From contig CP154954.1 in assembly GCA_039621445.1 (NCBI GenBank), positions 36,503,703 through 36,567,702 on the forward strand: a stretch of DNA of 64,000 bases. Reading direction: 5' to 3'. Positions 50,955 to 63,500 of this stretch are shown here, piece by piece. Each line of letters begins with the position of its first letter. Position 1 is the stretch's first letter. The notes under the pieces are model-generated. The model saw only the letters and a program-made list of their open reading frames with translations, made no database searches and had not been told where the DNA came from. The translations under genes and the position numbers were made by a program. The stretch is from Euglena gracilis (Eukaryota).

Positions 50955-53486
50955 ACCAGTGCGCACGGCTCCGAAAAGGCTGGCGAAGGCAGACACCACG
51001 GGACAGTCGATCCCGAAGCTGCTGGAAGACGAGGAGATGTGGCTGCAGAGGGAACAGGGTTAGATTTGGTGCTGCTTTTGCTGAATGCATGGATTGAAAC
51101 GGTATGTCTGGGTACATTACCCACATTGGAAAGACGTCAGTTGACATTCGGCACTGAGGATGGCTGTTTGAGATGCAATGTCAGACAAAAATGTGTTCTA
51201 TGCACTAATGAAGTGGAAACACGCTTCATTCCTTTGAAATGGGTTTTTCCTTCTATAAAGAAAGATAACAAATGTAACCCTGCAGCCGGGCAGCTGGTCC
51301 TGGACGTTGACCTGAGCCGCGGGCAGGTCCGTCGGCCCCGACAGGAGCACGTGAACAACCTCATCACCGAGCTGCAGAACAACCCACCGCAGGAGCTGGT
51401 GCTGACGGTGTGGCCGGACAGAGGTGTCCACCAGCCCCCTTGATATCCGTTTGTCATATGCATGAGGATGAATCCGCTTCAATTCAAAATGTGTGTTTCC
51501 CAGAAGCGATATGGCATACATATAGTGATGTTATGTTTACTTCACAGTTTGGAAATATTTCCTATTTTCCTTGAGGCAATGTTCAGCAATGAATGGTACG
51601 TTTGTGTCCCTCTTTTCACAGCTACGGGGAAGTGGGTCATGCTGAGTGGTCAACATCGTTTCCTGGCTGCGTCGGCCATCGCCAACGTCTGGCGGCCTCC
51701 AGCCTTCACAGAGAAATTCTGGTGCAAGGTGGTGAAGGAGAACACCCCCATCAAGGAGCGCCAGCAGCTGGCCGGCAGACTGCAGGCCATGGATGGCAAC
51801 GTCATGGACATGACCCTGGTGGACCGCCTGCAGTGGCTCCTGAAGGAGGACACCAGCAGGGAGAATGCCGAGGTGGATGGGGTTCCCTACAACCCGACCA
51901 AGACGGAGCTGTTGAAAACCGTCTACAGCAAGACGGGATGCCGGGAGACGGTGGACGGCGCCCTGGTGTGTTCTGTGAATGAGATCTTCGTTTGCTAAAC
52001 ATAACACACAATGAAAGGGGGATGACATGTCACATTCAACGTTTAATATGCTTTTTTGATTGTTTGCTAAATGAGTGGTTGCAATAGGAAGTGTTTTCCT
52101 GCTTCATTAACTTTCTCTGTGTATTTTAACCATCTCAGGGGACCTGGGTGAAAGCCATGATCCCGGTGACGGAGTGGGTGCTGCAGAGTGGGACTGAGGC
52201 CGTGGAGGTGGTAAAGAGGATGGAGGCCCGAGGTGGGGACCGTGTGTCCCCACACACGTTCAAATGCCTGGAGGCCATCCACCATCCGGACGACTACGCG
52301 GAGCTGGCCCAGGTGATGTTGGACGAGAAGGCCAAGCCCACCACCCAGCGGTTGGTCCAGGCTTCACAGTTTGGTTAAACAGTTTTGGTTAAAAATGGGT
52401 AGTCTGCACACTCTGGAATTAAAAGGAAATTTTCAATTATGATGCAAGAAACGTGTTTCCGCTTCATGTACACATTTTCAAATTAACATGGTACTTTCTT
52501 CCTTTTTCCCTATAAACTGAAATGGGGTCTGCTGCCAGGCAGGCGACAGCCAAGCTGGTGCGCCGGAGGACCTGGACGTGGCTGCTGCAGCACCCGGAGC
52601 TGGATGCCGACGTTCTTCACCCATCAAGAAGTATGTACTGTTTTGTTTTATGGAAACTTAATGCACGACTGTCTGAGATGAGTTGACTTACCCTTTCTGG
52701 ATAACCGGTTTTCAGGACCACGTGGATGAGGCCGGTCTTCTGCACCTCAGACTGGGCGACCCGCTTGGCCGAGGCCCGGCCTGGCGTGGAGATCTCCTGG
52801 GTGCTGGGCACCTCTTCCTCCGGCCGCTTGGGCTTCCCTGGCGTTGACGGACCACGGCCAGCCAGGGTCATCCCGTGCAGGTCCAGGGTGCCGAAGATGC
52901 CCCCGACCTTGACGGCGGGCTCCATCACCAGGCCCAGCAGCCGCTGCCTCAGGCCCTCGTCCAAGCAGGGCGGCCAGGACCCGAAGGAGTCCAAGTCCAA
53001 GGAGACCAAAGAGTCCCAGGACAAGCCCAAGGAGAAGGAGTCCAAGGACAAGCCCGACAAGAAGACCAAAGTCACGCCCAAGAAGGGCGCTCGGGGGAAG
53101 CAGTTCCGCCTCCTCGCAGCCTACCCGGCACTCCTACGAGTCGTCCTCGGAACCGCCTGGGTGCCCGACACACAGGGAGAGGCCCAATGGTGCATTTGCT
53201 ATAATGTCTCTTTCATTATGTCATGTTTCAGGTTACCAATAATTTAATATTTATCTCAGATGAAGCGTTTTTCCGCTTCCTCAAAAAACAATCTCAATAA
53301 TTCTTCCACTATTTGATGCGCGTTCCCATTCTGCTGTAAATTGTTTGCATCAACGTTCAAAACAAAGACATCTCGTCGAAACTACGGTTATCTGTGTGTT
53401 ATGTCTCCGGTCTGCGCCGCTCCTTGATGCCGAGGAAGCGGTCCGCCCTGGAGAACATCCACGAGATGGTGGTGGACGACGAGTGA
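50955..53486 (+). CDS. Multi-exon ParB/Sulfiredoxin-fold (DGQHR/ParB-N-like) protein with Lys/Glu-rich C-terminal region; 3' half probably frameshifted
   Basis: Exons ~50955-51058, 51286-51423, 51622-51965, 52139-52360, 52543-52630, 52717-~53170, ~53410-53486. Phase-compatible GT-AG splicing gives LDVDLSRGQVRRPRQEHVNNLITELQNNPPQELVLTVWPDRATGKWVMLSGQHRFLAASAI, which matches the ParB-N layout (..xR...L...I...P.V....G...GxxRxxA). The junction at 52630/52717 is out of phase. Confidence 0.65.
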
Positions 53487-56334
53487 GCGGGCGGCTGTAG
53501 CGGCCGCGGTGGCAGCGGGCGGCTGGTGCCGCCGGCGAGGGAGGGACAAGCGAGACCAGACCCAGACCAGACCCAGACCAAGACCCAGAACCGGTCCTCA
53601 ACTGTTCACACAGCTTCGCACACCGCACACGCCCATTTCGCCGTGTCTTCCATTTGTGTTTGTCTTTGACATGGCTGTGGAACATGGGGCTTTGGGGGGT
53701 TGTCAGATCTGTCACCTTTGTGTAAGAAATGGGATGATAACTCCACAAAGTGCTCAGTTTATGCCTCAGCTTTGGGATACAATACAGCTTTTCAATAATG
53801 TTCGATGAGGTATTTATGTTTGTTGGGTATTTCATGTTTGGGGTTATGCTGATACACTCCCCATTCAGATGGTTCAGTGTTGTTCGCACTCAAATGGACT
53901 CAGTTTGGGAGCCTGATCTGCATAAAATTTCTGCACTCCAGCTTGAGGAAGCGGAAAACCGCTTCTTCGGTTTTCTGTTTGTTTTCACAGGTTTTCCCTC
54001 CCTGCCCACTCCTTATGGCTGAGTACCTGAAGCGCGGACACATATAACACAGGTCTGTATTGTTCCTTGTCTTGGATTTGCATTCCATTTATGGTGTTTG
54101 TAAAATGTGGACCATGCCTGTTAAACTGATGACAATTGTTCACTGCTGATTACATTTGATTCATTATACCCTTTTGAAATGATGAACAATGGTATGTCTG
54201 GAATGATTGCTGACTGCCTGATTTTGAAGCGGAATGTCATTTTTACCGCTTCATGTTTTTCTCCTTTCTGTTTTTTCACCCTTTGCAGGGGGTTTCGAGT
54301 TCTTCCGGCAGCGGCGGCATCGAATATCAGGTGTGAATCTGCTCATTCTGTGTGGGTTTGTAATTTTTGTACGGTTTTTGTTCGTTTGCACATGATTTGA
54401 AAAAAAAACTGTAGTTTCGGGTCTGTTTTGGAGTTTATAGGACTCCGTTAGTGCAAGCCAAACGTCCACCAGAAATGGCCGAAATCGGGACCCCTTCCAG
54501 AAACCTCAAAAAAAATGGGCCTTTTTTGGAAGCGGGTTTCCGCTTCCTTTTCCGTTTCGGACGGGTCAGAAATTTTGGGCAATTTACGTCTCCTAAGCCA
54601 AACGCTTCGCCCCCCTCTCCTTATCCAAGGTTTACTTCCTTTCAGCCATTTTCTTAGGAAATTGATGGGTTGTGCACATCAATCGTGTCAGTCCTTTTTG
54701 ACTTGCTCTTTCCTCTTTGACCCAAACTTGGGGGCAAAAATGGAGCCACCATAAACCCACGCCCAAAGGTCTTGGGTAGCTGGCATATGTTCAATTAAAC
54801 GTCTTCAAAAGGCACAACAACAGCACATTGACTAATTTTCAGAGCCAATTCATCAGCCCCCCCCCCCCATTTATAACCCCCCTTGGGCCAGCCAACCAAA
54901 GCACTACTTAACACCTTGGGAAAGAAAAACGAAAACGGTCACAGAGAGTTTGTTTGCCCTCAAACCCCCCAAATGTGAAATCAAAATATTTTTCACAGTT
55001 TTAATGTCCCGGCCGTCATAAAATATTTTACCAAATGTGCCAGAATGGGTGATTTGGGGCATTCTGGGTCATTTTGGGGAGTTTCCAACAATTCCTTGAT
55101 TTACACCGTCCTACTTATAACCCCCTCCCCTTCGGCTGACCAACCAAAACACAAACCCCCCGAAATTTAAAAGTGTGGGGATTTAATAGTTTGAACAATG
55201 TCTGAATTCATGGAAAAGACGACTCTGGAAAGTCATTGCATTGGTGGTGTTGGGGATCCGACCGGGCCACTGTGCCAAAGCCACCAACCCCAAGTGTGCC
55301 GAGACACAGGGTCCGATTTAGCGTCTTCCTGTCTGTCTCGCAGTGGGCCTGAATACCGGTGGGTCGGGTATCGGTTACAGTCTGGTTGGTAGGTGGGGGG
55401 GGATGGTCACCCCCCAACATATCCAGGAGGTGGGGAAGATGGATCCCAGGTGTCGCTGAAGCCGAAGGGCCTCCCCCACCAAGGGGGGAGCAGCCAGCCA
55501 GCAGCCTGTTTCTAGTCCTGGACCTCCCTCCCCCATCGACAAATTTCATTTCCAGTCCAGCCCCCCTTTGTGCGGCTGGACAGTGCTTTAGATGGCTGGA
55601 CGGATTTATTTTTGCTCTGGAGGTGCAACGATGGGCCAACGCTGGGCAAAAATGGGTCGGAAATGGGTTGCCCAGCTCAAAGTTGGGGTCGTAAATCGAT
55701 TTTTTGCATAGTTGCCAAGCATTTTTTGCAGTTTCAATTTTTGCCATATGGTTCGACCCCCAGTCGCTTCCACTTCTAGCCACACCCCTACTGAGCTATT
55801 GGGGAGGGCAACCAAGGGCCTTGTGGGGAGGGGAGTTGGCACCGGGCCGGGGGGGGGGGGGTCGCGGGGAAACACCCCCTGAACAGAGTACACAGAGAGT
55901 GGTTGTACCTGGCAAAAGACCGATCATCCATGTGAAGATAATATGCTGTTTTTTGGGGGGGGACTGAGAATGATGGATTCTAATTTCAAAAGACGTTTTC
56001 TTGAACAAAAACGTACAGCAGAGCCAGGGATTGAACCCGGAGCTCCCAGTGGCTGCATGGGCCGCATGTTTTGCACATATTTCAACCATGACATCTCTGA
56101 ACTGGACAGGGGTAACTGATCTGGCTGCACATCACTGGTTGTGGGATCTGACCAACCTCCTGATGGGAGGGGAACACCACCTCTGATCCCCAGGGTATGC
56201 CACCCCTGGTGCTGGGAGGTGTCTGTACCCCCACCCCCCCCCTTTTTTAGAGGTTCTGAAAATAGCAATAAGCATGTTTTGGGATGTTCTGGTGTTTTCC
56301 ATACAAAAAAAACATGGTGAAACTTCAATAAATG

Positions 56335-56676
56335 AGCATTTGTTGTGTGCACGAGCAAAGGGCCAGAAACCAAGGCAAATTGGTTGGAAAATCTGTGATT
56401 TTCTTTTTGGAGTTATTTCCAAAAAGAAAATCACAGATTTTCCAACCATTTTGCCTTGGTTTCTGGCCCTTTGCTCGTGCACACAACCAGAAACTTTCCC
56501 GGCCCAGCATTTGTTGTGTGCACGAGCAAAGGGCCAGAAACCAAGGCAAATTGGTTGGAAAATCTGTGATTTTCTTTTTGGAGTTATTTCCAAAAAGAAA
56601 ATCACAGATTTTCCAACCATTTTGCCTTGGTTTCTGGCCCTTTGCTCGTGCACACAACCAGAAACTTTCCCGGCCC
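56335..56676. repeat. Two tandem 171-bp units, each a ~146-bp hairpin
   Basis: Units start at 56335 and 56506; arms GTTGTGTGCACGAGCAAAGGGCC...TTTTTGGA / TCCAAAAAG...GCTCGTGCACACAAC. Confidence 0.93.
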
Positions 56677-57149
56677 CGTACTGTCTCGGGGAGGAGGCTC
56701 CGACCCCCCCCCATCAGGGCTTCCATATGTCCCTGCCCCAGCAACATCATCACATTGTTGGGGACCCCCTCCCACAGCAGGAGGTTTCTGAGGGCACAAC
56801 TATCCCCCGCAACAGTTGGAACTCCCCTGGAGCGTGGATACAAAAAAAATGATTCACATCGGAGAAGGTGAGCCCAGAGTCAGATGTAAAAAAAAAAGAT
56901 ACCAGTCGTATGTAACATCGCAGACAGTGAGGGAGGGAAGGAGGGGTGTGCCATAAAGTGCCCAAAGGCACTGATGCCCGTGCAGGCGGCAACCGTATTG
57001 GCGAATTATATTCACAGCACCTTGCAATGTGGTTGGAGGGTAAAAGGGTTTGCTCAAGAATACTGGTCACCAGAACAGACTGCGGCTGGGAAAGGTTGCC
57101 CTGATGCGCAAAGAGCGAAGGAGATTTGGAGGCCGGAAATTACCAAATA

Positions 57150-57150
<1 letters not shown>

Positions 57151-57221
<71 letters not shown>

Positions 57222-57222
57222 C

Positions 57223-57283
<61 letters not shown>
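57151..57283. repeat. (TG)n microsatellite
   Basis: Directly visible. Confidence 0.97.
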
Positions 57284-57284
<1 letters not shown>

Positions 57285-57519
57285 TTGGTGTATGTATTCA
57301 TATGTGTGTATATAATAATATGAAATAATCATTGCCGTCTACGCCATTTTTGGATGTCACAGTCATCAGCAATCACTTTGGGACTCCAACACAGAACCGC
57401 CCTCCCACCACCCCACGCCGCATGTGCACCAAAGCAGTCTTCCCACCGGCAAAGGGGCGGGAGAAGGAGGCAGGGAGCAGGGCCAAAAGGGGGTCAGGGG
57501 GAGAGGAAGGGGTGGGCGT

Positions 57520-60500
57520 CGCCCTCGTGGGGCACGCCCCGCTTGTGCCCGGCGGCAGGGCTGGTGACAGGACATGAAGTGAGAGGGGGGGGGAGGGGGG
57601 AAGGGGGGTGGACCCGGACCCCCATCCCCTCCCCAGGGCGGGGGGGCTCCCCCTCCTGCTGGGGGAAAAAAATGGCACAAGGCGCCGGGAAATTTTTTGA
57701 CGGGCTTCAAAAGTGCTCCAAGTTGTGTTTTCGGGATTTTTTTCCACCCAATTGACAACACCAGATGAAAAAAAAACATAAATCTGCCGGCACAAAGGCG
57801 CTAAGGCACCCAGGGAGTCCCCGGACCCTTCCATGGGGGGGTCGGACAGCGCCAGGCCTTAAACCAGACAGAAGGCGAAGTGCATCTGAGAGGGGGGTCG
57901 GACCCCCCTGTGTGCACTGTGGCTGTTTCGGTTGGTCGGACCCCCCCCCCTCTCCCCTGTGCAAAACCAACGATCACTTAATATCCTGGCTAGGGAGGGG
58001 GCTCGGCCGTGGCGCGCCGTATGCCCGGCCGGGGGTGAGCGGCGGGCGGGGTGGCTCGCGCACCGACAGGGCGAGCTCCATGCCGCTCAACAGGAGGGAC
58101 AGCTGCTCTCCCCTCTGTGGGGAGGTGGGGGGGGGGGGAGGGAGGTCGGGTCGACTGACTCAGGGACGGGTGTGAAGATTGCGGGGCTTCCGTGCCATCA
58201 GCACACAAATGGGTCGGCGGGAGGAGGCTGGCATCAGACCTATCCGTTGAAAAACTGCAAAAGCTTAATTCAAGAAAATAACAAGGTTGAGAAGAATGAC
58301 CATTTCATTTCATTGTATCAGCTGGGTGATCAAAAAAACATCAACTCCCCCCCGGGAAGCTGTCCTCTAGTCACCTGTCTCCATGGGGACCTGTCACCAG
58401 CCTCGATACTCGCTGACTTGTCTGGTGACAGTTTCCCGGCAGGGGGATAGCTCGGGAAGTTTTGCCTTTTTTTCAGCAAAAAAAAAATGCGAAGAGTGTC
58501 AAAGAGACAGGTCAGCAGGTACTAGGGTAGGAGACAGGTCCTTGTGAAGACAGCAGGTACAGAGGGTGGAGGACAGTTTCCCGGGGGTGGTGGGAGCCAT
58601 GCCCGAGAACCTGCCAGGGTGCTGCCCGGAAGCAGGGATGGGATACCCGCTGTCTGGTGGCACTGTCCTTGCTGCTGGTACTGCGGGAGCTGAGCGGGGG
58701 CTGGCTGAACGGCCGCTGCGGAGAGGCGAACCGGACCGGCTGCCAAGCGGTGGTCCCCAAAGGCCAGCTCAATGCGCCATGACAACTCGCAAAGCCGGCC
58801 GGCTGGAAAAAAGGTGCTGGCTGGACCCCCCCAAGGGGGTGGGGGTCCAGGGAGGTGGTTTGAACCCGGCTGGGACCCAAAAACGGGCAAAACAGCCCAA
58901 ATCCAGCTGGGATGCATTTTTTTCAGCTGAATTTTTGGGTGAAAACCCCCGAAAATGCCAAAAAATGACCATTTTTTTGGCCATTTTTGGACCACTTTTT
59001 CACTTTTTTGCACCAAAAACTGTTTTGGTCGAGCCCAGCCTGCGAAAAAATTTATAACTTTTCTTACCGCTTGACCCTGGGGTGGGGTCTGCAGCCTGGC
59101 TGGAAGGTGCTGGCTGGACCCCCCCCCCCCCGGGAGAAGGGTGGCAGCAGCAAGATTATACTTGCCCCCCCCCCAGGCTGGGGCGCCAAATAAAATCTCT
59201 GGGGGGGTCCAAAATTTATTTTGCGGATTTATTGATGGAGTAGGGTTAGGGTTAGGAGTTCGGCCTAACTTTAAGCCTAACACCTAACCACCTAACACAA
59301 TATATAAGTTGGACCAAAAGTTGAGCCTAACTCCTAACCCTAACCCTATTTCATCATTTCAAACAAAAAAATTGACCCCTGGAGATTTTACTTATTTCAA
59401 GGAAAAAGCACAAAAACAATTGGACACAAAAAAACACAAAAAGAAAAGTATTTGAATCCCCCACGCTAGAAATATCAGAACTTATGACATTAAAGGAAAT
59501 ACATGTTCACACAAAAAAAATAGTACAGTGACTACATAAAGCGGAGACCAGGTGCTCCATCCGACATTATCAATAATGCTTCAATTTATACTGAAGCATT
59601 ATTAAACATCCCGGGGAGGGATTTAATTGTTCTTTTATCACTTGAAGTCCGAGTATATAATTTTGTGACACATGGCTCCATTGTCCTTGCCATGCAAAAA
59701 TACACATAAAATGCTGTATTGTGCAGTGCTTTTGGTCATTTGAGATAAAAAAGAGGGGCCAGTTTTCAATCAATCAACATGGTTTCACCTTCAGATCCCA
59801 AATAGTGTACCCGGGGGCAAAGTATTTGGAGGGGTCGCTATTCCGCCATACCCTCACCCACGCGTGCCCCTTCCACAAATCAGAGTGGCTAGTGGATGGA
59901 CTTGTCGGTTGCTGCCAATGGGCCATCACAGCCAGTCGCCCCCTTGGACCAAACCAGTGATACCGGGCCACCGGGGAAGGGGAGGCTGCACACGTGCAAG
60001 GCGCGGCCGCTGGAGTCGGAGGCTCCACTGCGGGCGCTCAGCAGAGGCTCAATATGAATGGGGGGCACCGGGGGCCCCGCATCGCCGGCAGGGTTGCTCG
60101 CCCTCGGCTGGATGGACAGCCGGTGGGAAGGGGGACGGCCCATACATCTCTTTAAGGACCCCGGGGGGGGGGGGGGGTGCTGGGCTAGGGCTAGAAATTT
60201 GGGCTGGCTAGAAATTTGGGCTGGCTAGCCCGCCCCCCCCCCCCGGGGGGGGGGGGGGGGGGGGGGGGCTAGGCCCCGGCTGGACCCGAACCGGGGCGAG
60301 CTGGACTGAAATCGGAAAAATGCCCAAAAATGACCTGCAGAACACAGTTTTGAAAAAATGATGCATCTGAAACCCCCCAAAAATGCCCCAAACGCCCCCA
60401 AAACCCCATTTTTGGCCACTTTTGAACACAATTTTTCAAAAAATTTCGGCGCTTTGCGCCGAAAAATTTTGTGCTGGACCCCCAAAAAAGGGGCTGGCTA

Positions 60501-63500
60501 GCTGGGCTAGCAGCACCCCCCCCGGGGGGGGGGGTGCTGCTGCGGCTGGGCTGGGCCCAAATCGGGGCTGGCTGCAGCCGCCCCCCCCGGGGGGGGGGGG
60601 GGTTCGCAAAACCTTAGAGAGATGTATGGGACGGCCGCCAGGACGTCAGGGAAAGAAAAGCAGGAAAGAACCGGGGGGAGAAAGGGGAAGCACCGTGGAC
60701 ATTTTTTTTTAAAAAAAGACCAGGTGAAGAGTTGGTGCAGTCTCCCACCCACCCACCCAAACAGGTGGGGGTGGGGGCTCATTTCGACCTTTGGGGCCAT
60801 TTTGGAGACACGAAGCAACCTCCTGAAGGGGATATCCACTGGGTCCGATACTGTGCACACTCAATATGTCAATATGTGTGAAAAATGTTTGCCAGAAGCA
60901 GGTTTGCAAAAATGCTGGACTTCATCAGTATTTGTTTCAAATTCCTGGAGTTCCGGAATTCCAGACTGGGCTGGCCCAGTCTGAAACGTTTGACATAATC
61001 AGCATTGAAAACAAAAACTAGCTCCTCAGGAATTACATGCACACATCACATGCGCACATCTGTTGACGAAAGCATGGACTGACTGAATCACCCGAACACC
61101 GCTTCGCCCCCCCCCAAATATGAACACAACCAGCCATCGCGGCGGATCAATGCCTGTACAACCGGGCCGCCAGCCCTGCTTGTGCTCCTCGTGGTCAGTC
61201 TCCCCATCCCGGCGCGCCGCGGGGCCCAGCACGACCCGCGGGGTGCGGACGTGCACGATTGACGGCACACCGGCGAGACCACGGGGCGGCAACTGCCCCC
61301 CAAAGGGTTGGGACGTATTTCTGTCGGCAGAAAGTGGTGAAAAATTCTCTGCTGGATCAAGCTTGGCCTAACCCCCCCCCCCCCCAAAATAAGACTCGGG
61401 TCATATTTTTGGGTCCGTTGCTGGAAACCTCCAGGGGGGGTCTTATTTTTTGGGCGGTCTTAATTTCTTGAATTTTTTCTTGACCGACCCGGGCCCAAAA
61501 AAAAAACCATCATTTTTCAGGTTCCCAGAAGCATTAAAAATTTTCGTTTGGCACTTCGCACCATGGGTGAATTTGGTGTAAGTTGACATTTAGCATGTTT
61601 TTTGCCCTTCAAAAATGTGAAAATTTTTGAAGTTTCATCATTTTTGTGTGTGAAATCGGGGTTTTTTGCTAATTTCTCATCTTCGGCGCTTCGAGCCGTC
61701 AGGGGGGTCTAATTTTTGGGGTTTAGAAGAGAAAAAATCGGGGAGGGTTTGTGCCAGCCTGGCCAGGGCTGCAGCGGGGGGAAAGGCGCGTTGATCGCCA
61801 CTCCCTGGCTGGCTGGCAATCAAAAATAGGCATACACTTCCAGGTTCACAACAGGTTCACAAACGGAGGAAAACAACAACTCGGGAATTGCGTTGGGTGA
61901 AAAAAATAATGGAAGAATAGGGACAATAGAAAAAAGGCAACGTCCAGGCACAACAGCCCAAATGGCTGCCACAACCTTTCACCCCAGGGAACAGCACTTG
62001 GGTCAACGTCACCCCACGCACTCCGCTGGGGGGAGGACGCAGGGTTCGATATAAGGACAGGTGGGGGGGGGTGGTCCGGACCCCCCCCTGCGGGCCAGGA
62101 GGGGGGGGGGTGGGGGGGGACACCCCCCCCACCTAAACAGGTGCGCGGTCAGGGTGGCCGAAAATTTTTGACCCCCCAAAACGACCAAAAGTGCCATTTT
62201 GGGCACTTTTTGGGCAAAAATGTGCCAAAAATGCAAAAAAAATTTCGGCGCGAAGCGCCGGAGGAAAAAATTGACCCTTTTTGGGGGGGGTCAATTTTTG
62301 CCCCCGAGGGTCGGTCCGGACCCCCCTTGCAGGTGGGGGGGGGTGGTCCGGACCCCCCCCTGCGGGCCAGGAGGGGGGGGGGGGGGGGGGGGGGGCACCC
62401 CCCACCTAAACCATGTACGCCCTCCTTATATCGAACCCTGGGAGGACGGCTGTAGTGCGCAAAGAGCCCCCGGCGGCGTGGGCGAGTGGTCCAGGTCCAT
62501 TGTTGTGCTGCGGCGGCTCAGCGGACGGGCGGGGGACACGTCGTGGGCCCACGACCCCGGGGAGTGCCCCTCCCTCGCCGTACCGGAGTCTGCAGGGCGA
62601 GAGAGAAGAAAGGAACCCGCTTGGCACTGCTGCAGGTTGGCCCAAATCCGTCGTTTCTGCCGCAGGGCCCTGAGGTTCTGTGGCATGGCAATGTGCCGGG
62701 GACGCACGGTATTGCGCGGGATAGGGGACCTGCGCCGCCCGGCACACCACCGCTGCCGCCGCCCGGCACGCCGTCCGGCTTCAGGACGACGGCGGCCACC
62801 ACCGTCCGGCACCGCCGCAGCCCTGCAGTGCCGGGCAATGTGGGCGGTCCGCCCAGCAGCCACCACACAGGGGTCTCGGAGGTTTGGGGGTGCCCAGACT
62901 GGATGGCAAAGCGGGCCAACGGAGTGGATGGGGGCCAGCAAGGGCATACCCCATCACACCCCCAACCCTGGGGGACGGCCAGGCCCTTCCCCCAAAACGG
63001 TGCCACGGGAGGCGGCAGTGCGGGCGACCACTGCGGCCAACCCCTCCCGCGGGATGGCACACACCCGGCTGGTGCTGGGCCACGGTGGGCACCAGCTTGC
63101 ACGTGACGTACTTGTGCCGCCGCTGCGGGGCCAGGCCCCGGCCCGCCTTGTCCCCCCCCCCGAGGCGTTCCATTCGCCCGGACGGCCAAGCGCGAACCGC
63201 CGGGGCACCCCCACAAGCAGCGCCACCCAAACCTCAACGCTGGCGGAGCTGGGGAAAAATGAAAAAGCAAGCACCGGAGTGCATGAAAACCGCACGGATC
63301 GTCGGATGGATTTGAAAAGGCGTGGACGACCTCCACGATGAACAGTCGAGACCACCGCGCTGGAAAGCTCCCGCTGTGGGCGGGCAAAGACTGGGGGGAG
63401 GCTGTGCTGGGCCCCATCGCTGAAGCGGGGCACTGGCCTGTGCAGGACCAGCCGACACGGGCGGCCGGGCTGCAGCTTCTGGAACGCCGCCTTGAACAGG

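Larger units (their letters stand above)
39991..54597 (+). mobile_element. 14.6-kb TIR DNA transposon E2 (CTTAG family) carrying a transposase-like pseudogene and a ParB-fold gene, with four nested insertions
   Basis: 22-bp TIR CTTAGGCGGCGTAAATTGCCCA (39991) / TGGGCAATTTACGTCTCCTAAG (ends 54597), 2 mismatches; 5-bp TSD CCAAA (39986-39990, 54598-54602); about 20 copies of TGAAGCGGAAAACCGCTTCA-like palindrome confined to this interval. Confidence 0.9.

Noticed and set aside
50955-53486. Bacterial/plasmid parAB contamination
   Set aside because: The ParB-like motif is assembled across phase-compatible GT-AG introns, no ParA deviant Walker A motif was seen, and the region is bounded by TIRs and a TSD within host-type sequence.
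40130-54547. Dispersed palindromes as a CRISPR array or bacterial REP/terminator set
   Set aside because: Spacing is irregular (30 to >2000 bp), there are no constant-length spacers or cas-like ORFs, and the context is an intron-containing eukaryotic element.
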